Virus record (IMG/VR): IMGVR_UViG_3300044732_000737
Coordinates: 1 to 64,000 of that record
Reading direction: 5' to 3' (one strand)
Length of the DNA stretch: 64,000 nucleotides
Source: a virus
A program made the translations under genes and the position numbers. A model generated the notes under the pieces. That model made no database searches, had not been told where the DNA came from, and was given only the letters and a program-made list of their open reading frames with translations. Shown piece by piece: positions 21,401 to 28,800 of this stretch; position 1 is the first letter of the stretch; every line of letters begins with the position of its first letter.

Positions 21401-24395
21401 CATATTCTAGAATCTGGCCATTAGTGGCCGAAGTAATTGTTACATCTGTTAAGCCGTCTAAGTTATATCCGTTAGCTAGGGCTGAAGTACCAAGACCTAG
21501 ATTAGTTCTTGCTGTTACAACGTTAGTTAGGTCTGAAAGATTATTACTACCAAGTAAGTAACCATCACCAGACATATAAGCGGCAACCCATGCAGTACCC
21601 GTATAAACTCTCATTCCTTGAAGAGTAGTATTAAAGTACAATGCACCAACAACTAAGGTGTTACCATCGTTGTCTAATGTTGGATTAGAAGCTTTTTCGC
21701 CTAGATATTTATCGTCAAAATTGTCAAAAGCAGCTAGAGCTTGATCACGAGCAGCTTCAGCGGCAACTTTAGCAGATCCTGCAGCAGTGGCACTATTAGC
21801 CGCACTGGTAGCAGATGTATCCGCATTAATAGCTGAAATATTTGCAGCACTTGCAGAAGTACTAGCGGAAGAAGCAGAAGCTGCAGCATTACTAGCTTGG
21901 GTACTCGCAGTTGTAGCTGAGGTACTTGCATTACTAGCGGAAGTACTTGCAGCTGTTGCTGAGTTACTAGCATTAGTTGCTTGTGTACTCGCAGTATTAG
22001 CCGATGCAGTGGCACTAGTAGCAGAATTAGCCGCACTAGTAGCAGAGGCGCTTGCCTCATCAGCTTTAGTGCTTGCCGTATTTGCATAACCAGTAACTGT
22101 AGTAACTGTGTTTGCAGCAGCAATAGAACTTGCTAAAGCATTGTCTGCATAGATCTCTGCGTTAGATTCAGAGGTATCAGCAGAGCTAGCTGAAGTAGCG
22201 GCATTAGACGCATATGTGTTTGCAGCACTAGCACTGGTAGCCGCATTAGTCTCACTAAGGGCAGCAGCATTAGCAGAGTTACCTGCAAGAGTTGCACTTG
22301 TGCTAGCTGAAGCAGAACTTGTATTTGCACTTGAAGCTGAGTTAGCAGCATTAGTTGCGCTAGTTGCGGCATTAGCGGCACTTGTAGTTGCACTACTTGC
22401 GGCACTGGTTGCTTCAGCAGCTTTAGTAGTTGCTGTTGCGGCTGAACCACTAGCGCTTGTTGCAGAGACACTTGCTTCACTAGCTTTAGTTGTTGCAGTA
22501 GCCGCAGCAGTTGTGGCGATACCTTCGCTTAATGCAGATGAGGTAGCGCTTGCTGCAGAGTTAGTAGCACTTGTAGCCGCATCATTGGCGCTTGTAGAAG
22601 CTTCAGCAGCTTTAGTAGTTGCTGTATTTGCGCTAGCAAGAGCATTCGCTTCAGAGGTATCTGCGTTCGCTTCAGAGATACCAGCATTAGTAGCTGAGGT
22701 AGCGGCACTAGCGGCTGAGTTAGCAGCATTAGTCGCTGAATTAGCAGAAGCTAAAGCGCTATTAGCTGAATTAGTAGCTGAGGTAGCACTTGCTGTTGCG
22801 CTATTAGCAGAGTTAGTTGCTTGTGTAGTTGCTGTAGTTGCACTTGTTGCAGCATTAGTAGCACTTACTCCAGAGGCCGAAGCATATGAAGAAGCTAAGT
22901 CAGCACTTGTTGCAGCAGCATTCTTATAGTTAAGAGCATAGTTTTCAGATGCACTAGCATTGATCTCAGAGCTCTCAGCAGCATTCTCAGAAGCCAAAGC
23001 AGCATCAGCACTTGCATCAGCGGCATCAGCAGAGGAGGCAGCTTCAGCGGCTTTATTAATTGCTGTAGTAGCATAGCTCTGTGAAGTGGCAGCACTAGAA
23101 GCAGCTTGAGAAGCACTTAATGCGGCATTCTGAGAAGCTGTTTGTGCAGTAGCATCATAGAACTGCCAACCAGTAGATGTATAAACTTTTAACTTATTCT
23201 CTACGCTATTAAAGTACTCAGCACCAATCATTACTGGGTCACCATTACCGTCTAAGGTAGGGTCAGCATTAAGTTCGCCTAAATAGGTACTTCTAAAGGA
23301 TGCCAAACTAGCTTCAGCGGCAGCCTGAGCAGCGGCAGCATCAGCGGCACTTTGAGCAGCTTCAGCGGCTTTTAATGTGGCTGTACTAGCTGAGGTAGAT
23401 GCAGAGGTAGCACTAAGAACTGCTTGAGCAGCACTTGTAGACGCTTCTGTAGCTTTAGTTGAAGCAGTAGCAGCGCTATTAGAAGCTTCAGAGGCTTTTG
23501 TTGTAGCAGTTGATGCACTAGCGCTTGCTGAGTCTTTCGAAACTAAAGCATCAGCCTGACTAGCAGCAGCTGCAGTAGCACTATTGGTAGCACTTGTAGC
23601 CTGTGTAGTAGCTGTAGTAGCTGAAATAGCAGCTTGGTTAGCGCTTGTGTTAGCACTTGTAGCACTGTTAAGAGCAGACGTTGCACTAGATGCGGCATTG
23701 TCTTCACTGTTGTCTGCATTAGTAGCGCTTGTAGCAGCACTTGCAGCACTTAGACTTGCGGCTAAGGCCTGAGAGTTTGCATTGGTAGAACTTGCTAAGG
23801 CAGAAGAGGCAGATGCTTGAGCTTCATTACGATACAGTAAAGCATTAGCTTCTGAGCTTGCAGCAGCATCTTCACTAGCTGCAGCATCAGCGGCAGATAA
23901 CTCAGAGTCAATAGCACTATCTTCTGAAGCATCAGCCCAATTACTTGCTTCCAGGGCGCTAGCCGCAGCATTAATAGCACTTTGTGCAGAGTTGTTTGAC
24001 TGAGCAGCGGCAGTAACTGCACTTTGAGCGGCAGCATTAGCGCTTGCACTAGCAGCACCTGCACTAGTAGAGGAGTTACTTGCGCTTGTAGCAGAAGCAG
24101 TAGCACTATTACTAGCGGATGTAGCTGAGGTAGCTGCAGCAGCAGCAGACGCAACAGCTAAGGCTGACTTTTCAGCAATTGAGGCTAGCTCGTCAGAAAA
24201 TTCTTGAGCAGTACCTGTGTATCCATTTTGAACAGCAATTTCATATGCGCTGTAACCTTGTGCACCTTGACCCCCAGTACGAGACAAGGACATTATGTAG
24301 TCAACTGTCTGTACCGTTAAAATATTATTTTGAGTTGTTAAGTCTAGTGTAATCGCATTAGGATTAACTGTAACTTCATAATTTTGTGTAGCCAT
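15465..24395 (-). CDS. Giant tail fibre 1 (2976 aa): Ala/Ser/Thr-rich shaft, modular C-terminal half, peptidase S74 domain
   Basis: About 840 aa of SAT/SAA low-complexity repeats; LHAGNYNSYALPL linkers; C-terminal YSDIKLKENI...GVIAQQV...VAYGNMVGLLVEAIKEQ. Confidence 0.9.
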   Translation of the reverse strand: MATQNYEVTVNPNAITLDLTTQNNILTVQTVDYIMSLSRTGGQGAQGYSAYEIAVQNGYTGTAQEFSDELASIAEKSALAVASAAAAATSATSASNSATASATSASNSSTSAGAASASANAAAQSAVTAAAQSNNSAQSAINAAASALEASNWADASEDSAIDSELSAADAAASEDAAASSEANALLYRNEAQASASSALASSTNANSQALAASLSAASAATSATNADNSEDNAASSATSALNSATSANTSANQAAISATTATTQATSATNSATAAAASQADALVSKDSASASASTATTKASEASNSAATASTKATEASTSAAQAVLSATSASTSASTATLKAAEAAQSAADAAAAQAAAEASLASFRSTYLGELNADPTLDGNGDPVMIGAEYFNSVENKLKVYTSTGWQFYDATAQTASQNAALSASQAASSAATSQSYATTAINKAAEAASSADAADASADAALASENAAESSEINASASENYALNYKNAAATSADLASSYASASGVSATNAATSATTATTQATNSANSATASATSATNSANSALASANSATNAANSAASAATSATNAGISEANADTSEANALASANTATTKAAEASTSANDAATSATNSAASATSSALSEGIATTAAATATTKASEASVSATSASGSAATATTKAAEATSAASSATTSAANAATSATNAANSASSANTSSASASTSATLAGNSANAAALSETNAATSASAANTYASNAATSASSADTSESNAEIYADNALASSIAAANTVTTVTGYANTASTKADEASASATSAANSATSATASANTASTQATNASNSATAASTSASNASTSATTASTQASNAAASASSASTSASAANISAINADTSATSAANSATAAGSAKVAAEAARDQALAAFDNFDDKYLGEKASNPTLDNDGNTLVVGALYFNTTLQGMRVYTGTAWVAAYMSGDGYLLGSNNLSDLTNVVTARTNLGLGTSALANGYNLDGLTDVTITSATNGQILEYESATSTWKNKTINALPTQATHNGQFLTTDGTNASWATVDALPPQATHADKFLRTDGTAAYWATVNLPTSAYTRTSFTATAGQTIFNVTYPLGSIQVYVNGVLLKTSDYTATNETSFTLTVPASAGAAVDALVYNVYGVGQVLAENIIGTVDIESGGTGATTAAGARTNLGLGTAATTDSTAYATAAQGALIDNIVSATKEPIGFVNKNDSSISFNSTTRVFTISPVGGSFEVWCKGVKNVVSTAQTITLPNTTALYYIYYSSLGVLSYKTTYFTWDTDTPVSYVYWNATTGQAAYFADERHGTTLDWATHEYLHRTRGAVIASGFAANGYTLSGTGDLNSDAQISIESGTFFDEDLEINVVSTATPTQNTWTQNLLFPAKIPVLRLSGASEWILDTATDYPLKQGTARPQYNYYSGGVWLTADVLNNDYTCSWIIATNNLNHPVMAIISQSNLTTLSNAQSAKFEELILTNFPSLEFRPLYKLIFQGNDGYENTPNARLREIYDLRAVQSAGVSAAAVNDHSNLSGLSDDDHPQYLHVDNIRTVSAAVKASLLPSQTTNANKFLNTNGTETSWSLVDVGNVTGTLPIANGGTGATTASGALTNLGAYPATNPSNYITTAGARSAISVTGAGSYDSGTGVINIVGGVTSFNTRTGAISLTSGDVTGALGFTPYNSTNPNGYISGITSGNVTTALGYTPENVANKGNANGYASLDGSGLVPASQLPSYVDDVLEYTNLASFPGAGTTGKIYVALDTNKTYRWSGTTYIYITSGAVDSVAGKTGVVTLNNSDVGLGSVENKSSATIRSEITSSNVTTALGFTPYNATNPSGYITSSALSSYLPLSGGTLTGPVLTTTDSSSWGVYSRTSGYENYSGIWFSTNVGELLLRKADGSLSTRIAADGSFAFINNNNILHAGNYNSYALPLSGGTVSGLVRINNQLRVGQNTNGTAYIDAYDGYAWFGRDSNSTGIRIDGSGNVNITGALTQGGSQVLHAGNSQDYKARSLNAVRTTNSNFNALSTAVDTFTAGTNYIPSGGAYNQPADGDHHYLSWGGIEGAAVWGAQIDVNFYDDRVWFRRQSGANWQAWRQFIHDGNYNSYAPTLTGNGASGTWNINITGNAATATSATDSSKLPLTGGSLSGNLSITPVPSSWAEGLAFQMPSTSTWGGLRWRRNRAGDDGNWYVGFTALDSSDDLVFGANNGGAQIDNILRLTKAGVVTNNGNQILHAGNYNSYALPLTAGGIQYLRFDTASTEHITFQNYTSGGRIQLGFQQNDTDGLHHRAYFRAYKSAASSIAGVFDIIIRSADAGTTADVFKLEAGQAPRWGGNTMLTASNYSSYSLPLSGGTVTGTATFSRTDDNAISVGTIRGRAVGSQSGDFLHIYERVHIGSPAGWGSRSAPSYGLSTYGGCALATDTGSVTIGGNTALHAGNYNSYALPLTGGTVSGRTTFSDGIRIGPTPGDPNAYIISRTIPAGDPNVGNEITELLLFHSNDNATGGAGPDYITLRAPAIRFQTYDAPAVADPDASGGWNNRLTISPTGTVNSVGALTQGGNQVLHADNYTSYTLPIGGGWYGSGLPGSRWSGLAVNGGEIAFGNGLPNANQMGILVDGCYVAGENNGFWSMGGDNSWGSRRGMYWDGSSLNFTTNNPIASFSNLTIVGSSDKYLYINPGNGYEAMVRYNGGSGSGWYVGKRMANVLVGNESFHFYSEAATATVAGVDTGGNVFASGSFRAPIFYDSPDTGYYVDPAGTSRIGGIQISPADGGTTGNAIRFYGNSGDGAGAYDHAAIIDRLWGAADQSELLIFKGNDPDTSTIHDRVRIAATGRIVFHSVNGYTAVDAYISGNTGNINGSGYFNGNDLIVTGNVTAYSDIKLKENIQVIDNALSKVKLIQGVTYTRNDLDDKTRRYSGVIAQQVEKVLPEVVEQDEDGLRNVAYGNMVGLLVEAIKEQDTEVTTLRSQLQQQQSELDELKSLVKSLLANR

Positions 24396-24396
24396 A

Positions 24397-24834
24397 TTAT
24401 GCCTCTGTTGGAGAATATCTTACTTCAATTAGACCCCTAAAAGGTTTCCACACTTGTTTACGAGTACCAATACCAGTATCACGAATTTCTAAATCAATAA
24501 AACCGTATACAGGTTTGTTTGGTGTTGGTTGTGTTGCCCAGCCAGTAATTAATGTTTCTGGAATAACCATGATAAACTGGTTATTAGTGTCAGCTGTATC
24601 CAATAAAGGAATAGTTACAACTGCGCCACCTGGTCTTACTGAATCAGGAATAGCTCCTGATCCATCATTATTCGCTTCTACGACTTTACTAAAAATTTCA
24701 TAATCAGAAATGTTAGTAAGCCAAGATAGGGTTAAGTTTAAGTGTATCTGTTCACCCTTGATAACAGATACTAATACTGCACCATCATCAGATATCAAAT
24801 CTTTTGATGCAGACGTAATTTTACTTCTTGCCAT
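24397..24834 (-). CDS. Putative fibre-attachment/baseplate-upper-like virion protein
   Basis: Beta-rich 145-aa ORF immediately upstream of fibre 1, ending GFIDLEI...PFRGLIEVRYSPT. Confidence 0.5.
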   Translation of the reverse strand: MARSKITSASKDLISDDGAVLVSVIKGEQIHLNLTLSWLTNISDYEIFSKVVEANNDGSGAIPDSVRPGGAVVTIPLLDTADTNNQFIMVIPETLITGWATQPTPNKPVYGFIDLEIRDTGIGTRKQVWKPFRGLIEVRYSPTEA

Positions 24835-24870
24835 TTTTGTTCCCTTCTCGATCCTCAGATGGAGTTCAGG

Positions 24871-25329
24871 TTAATCAATTGGATAAATTAAACTTTTGTT
24901 TCTCTTTATCCAGCCTTGTTTGAGTAACACTCGATTGAATGTTTCATAGTTATCTAGTTCACTAGACGTAACTACTAGACGAATATTCTTTTCTCTAGCA
25001 GCCTCTATCATTGCTTCATGGACAAGAATTAATGCTTTTACAGCAGAATATCCAGATAAGCTACAATGGTAATATAATTGATACAATACTTTTTCTCTAG
25101 AATGAAGGTATGGTCTAGTTGCTTTTGCAGCTATCCAACCAACTAGTTCATCATTGTATTTAACAATCCTGAAGAAATCACCACGTTTAGCAAGAGCTAT
25201 CAGGTTTTCCCTACAGTAAACTTCATCTATTTCGATTTCATTTGATTCATAATGACTAAATAATTCTAATGAAATATCTAGGCATTTATCGATTTCTTCT
25301 AATGTTCTTATTTTATCTATTAATATCAT
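24871..25329 (-). CDS. GNAT-fold (acyltransferase-like) protein
   Basis: Pattern ELVGWIAA...LYYH...ALILVHEAMIEAAREKNIRLV...RVLLKQGW resembles the GNAT core. Confidence 0.55.
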   Translation of the reverse strand: MILIDKIRTLEEIDKCLDISLELFSHYESNEIEIDEVYCRENLIALAKRGDFFRIVKYNDELVGWIAAKATRPYLHSREKVLYQLYYHCSLSGYSAVKALILVHEAMIEAAREKNIRLVVTSSELDNYETFNRVLLKQGWIKRNKSLIYPID

Positions 25330-25364
25330 ATATAATATATTACCTAGGGGAGCCTAGGATCTCT

Positions 25365-25381
25365 CTTTAGCGTCCCCTGGT
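25365..25381 (-). promoter_or_regulatory. Putative phage RNAP promoter ACCAGGGGACGCTAAAG(AGAGA)
   Basis: Intergenic copy of the repeated motif, upstream of the GNAT and fibre genes. Confidence 0.85.
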
Positions 25382-25388
25382 AAATTGA

Positions 25389-25814
25389 TTAATTTGGTTT
25401 AGTTGGCCAAATAACATCAAAAGGATAACCTGATTGTGTGGTTATATCCCTAAGCTCTTGACGATAATTTGTCCAAGCTGTTTGTTTTTCTACACTTAAT
25501 GGATTATTAGGTAATTGAGTCCAGTCAGAACTTGATAACAGCATATATCTCTTTCTTTTAACCTCAATTTCTTTTAGCTGAGAGTTTTCTACCCAAGAAA
25601 AAGTTGCATCATTCCAAAAACAGGAGTTTGATGGTTTTTCTGATTTCTTTATAACTGCACCATCCTGAAAATAATGAGTATCAGGTGCGCATAAACTATC
25701 TGTTTCTAGGAATATATCTTCTGGATATTTTTGCTTTGTTACTTCAAAGGAATCTTCATCTAGTCCATAACCTTGTTGTAAAATGTTTTTAGATATTCTT
25801 GCATAAAATTTCAT
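25389..25814 (-). CDS. Tail (fibre) assembly chaperone
   Basis: RYMLLSSSDWTQLP...WTNYRQELRDITTQSGYPFDVIWPTKP signature. Confidence 0.85.
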   Translation of the reverse strand: MKFYARISKNILQQGYGLDEDSFEVTKQKYPEDIFLETDSLCAPDTHYFQDGAVIKKSEKPSNSCFWNDATFSWVENSQLKEIEVKRKRYMLLSSSDWTQLPNNPLSVEKQTAWTNYRQELRDITTQSGYPFDVIWPTKPN

Positions 25815-28800
25815 TAGCGTCTCCGAATAAATGCACTTAAAACAATGTTTTGAAAAGCGTAAGAACCACCATTACCAAAACCACCTGCTAATCCATAGGA
25901 ATAACCATTTAAACTTAAAGTCTGAGTACCACTTGTACTAACTGTTGCTGTTGCTCGAATAACTTTAGAAGATACCCAGCCCTCTAAAGCTGTGATAGGA
26001 CTAGTGTCACTTATGCCGCCAAGGTTTGTAATATTAGAACTCTTTGTTTCTGTAACAACAACTCCATTAAACTGAAGTTGAGCTCTTAAAACAGAAATGT
26101 AGGTGTACTCATCCCAAATATAGGGATAAAGTGTATTAACCCTAGGATCAAAGGTTGCTTCAAGTAATACCACATCTCCTGCATTAGCATAAAATGAGAT
26201 TGATGCAAAAGTATCAACGAGAGGCCCGTATACAGAACCTTGCCACCATCTATGGAAACCATTATAAGAACCATATGCGGCTGTTGTAACAGCGTTAGTA
26301 TTGATATTTCCAGTAGCAACTACATTACCATTAAGCGTCATTTGACTGCCATTATAGCTAATGTTAGTAGAACTATTACCTAAAGCAAAAGTACCAGTGC
26401 TATTTAGTATGCCACCTGATCCAGTCATTGAAGTACCAGATACAGCAGGAGAACCTCCTACTTGAAGAGAATTTGTAAATACAGTACCACTGTTGATTTT
26501 ATCAGCGGTAATCGTATTTGCAGCAATTTTACTTGCATCAATAGTTCCAGCGCCAATATTTCCAGCAGTTAATATGCCAACCTGAGCCGTACCTATAGCT
26601 GCGCCTGAAATGTATGTAGAAACATTACCGCTTGTAATTGTGTTTAGAGTAGCAAACCCACCAGCACCAAGAGTACCTAATGTTATATTACTATTTAATA
26701 TACCAGCAGGAGCATTTACTAAATCTGTTCTAACAGCGCCTAAACCACCAGCGGTAACTACGCCACCACCAGCACCATATAAAGTACCATCTGAACCAAT
26801 TGAAATAGCACTATTAGCTACCGCTGTACCATTTCCAGTTCCAATACCATTAATGGTGTTCCCTGAAACACTAATTGCAGAATTGGCAACTGCAGTGTTA
26901 TTACCAGTCCCAATACCAGTAATATTACCACCAGACACAGCTATTGCACTATTAGCAACTACTGTTCCAGTACCCGTACCAATACCTGAAAGTGCTCCAT
27001 TAACAATATTAATTTCATTATTAGCTACTACTGTTCCAGTACCTGTACCAATACCATTAATTGAGCCACTAGAAATAGTAATAGCTGAATTAGCAACTAA
27101 TGTCCCAGTACCTGTACCAATACCGCTAATAGCACCACCTGAAATAGTAATTTGGCTATTTGCAACAGCGGTGCCTGCACCAGTAGAGGTACCACGGATT
27201 ATACCTGAAGCATCTACAGATGTATTATTGGCTGCTAAGACCCAGCTACCAGAAATTTTCTGGTATAACTGGAAAATATCTGTTGCATAAAAGATATCAC
27301 CATCTGCACCAGTAGGTCTACTTGCAATTGCACCTTGTGTAAATACATTTTTAGTTGCATCTAATGCACCTGAATAACCAAGACCACTAATTGTTACTGT
27401 ACCACCCCCAGCATTATTAAGTGTACCATTACTACTTAAGCTGATATTACTATTTAATATTCCAGCAGGAGCATTGCCTAGGCTAGTCTGTACTGCGTTA
27501 ATACCAGTAGCTGTGACTCCACCTGATGCAACAGGTCCACCAGAAACACTTAATGTGCCATTAGAATTGAGAGTTAATCCGATATTATTGTTTAAGATGC
27601 CAGCAGGAGCATTACCTAAGCTAGTTTGTACTGCGTTAATACCAGTAGCTGTAACTGTACCTCCACCTGCCCCAGACAAAGTACCATTTGATGCAATAGA
27701 TATATTACTATTTAACCATCCTGATGAAGCTGTAATTCTTGAAAAGTCAAGATTAGTCCCTGATCCAAAGATCACATTACCTGAAGCATCTTTAATTGTA
27801 AGTCCACGAGTATCAATGTTACTTGGTACTACAACTTGCCCATTAAGTGTTATAACACTACCGTTATAAGTAATATTATTATTAGTATTACCAACGGCAA
27901 ACTGACCATTTGAGTACACAACTGCACCTGCACCAGTCATTGTTGTACCGCTAATTTCAGCTGTACTAGATTTGATTGTACCAGATACTGTTAGATTACC
28001 TGTATTAGTTGTGATAGCTGATAGGCTACCTACTTTTAAAGCGGACAAATAAGGTACATTCCAAATAGTGTTATTTGTTACTGGATCATAAACACCATCA
28101 GATTGATAAACAGATTCACCCGCACTAATAACTGGAGGAGTAGCTTGCCATACTGTATCTGCACCCCATGATCCATTTGCAGGATACGAATTAATACCAG
28201 AGGTAGTAATGGTAGAGGGTGTAGAAGCCAAAGAAGTTAATGTTGTTTTACTATAACAAATTCTAGCAGAGGCACCTTGTTGTCCAGGAGAACCAGGAGA
28301 ACCGTTAGTGCCATTTGTACCAGCATAACTTATAGCAACTATACTGGCGTTAGTCCAGTTAATTTGAGTACTTGTAGTAGTTGCACTATCGGATATATTT
28401 ACACTTGCAGCCCATAAGGTAAATCCTGGACTAGGCGGATTCTGAATTGTTGAATTCCAATCCGTAGGTACATTATTAAATGAAGATGTTGCCCAAGTAT
28501 AAGTAGATGATCCTACTGGCCCTGCAGGTAAAGAGGCTGCCCAGCGATAAACTGTAGGTCTAGCTACTTGTAGTCCAGGAAGTCCTGTTGCACCATTTGA
28601 TGTAATTGATGCTATAGTAACTCCACTTGACCAGTCTACAACGGTATCAACTGTGCCTCCAGCAGCTGTGATTGACTTTGTAGCAGTCCAAAGTTGAATG
28701 CCTGAAGTTCCTGGATTTGTAGAAATATAAGTCAGCCAGTTATTACCTCCCGCATAAGCGGAATTTGTTCCTGTAGTCCAATTATACGCAGAAATATTAT

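Noticed and set aside
21787-23772. Plus-strand Ala/Leu/Val-rich ORFs (e.g. 22216-22929)
   Set aside because: Antisense shadows of the Ala/Ser/Thr repeat region of the tail fibre.
10550-24395. CRISPR array or diversity-generating retroelement among the fibre repeats
   Set aside because: The repeats are degenerate protein-coding repeats. I saw no identical DNA repeat-spacer pattern, no reverse transcriptase and no adenine-specific TR/VR pair.
26610-27869. Plus-strand Pro-rich ORFs 26610-27290 and 27474-27869
   Set aside because: Antisense shadows of Gly-rich repeats in the tail tip gene.
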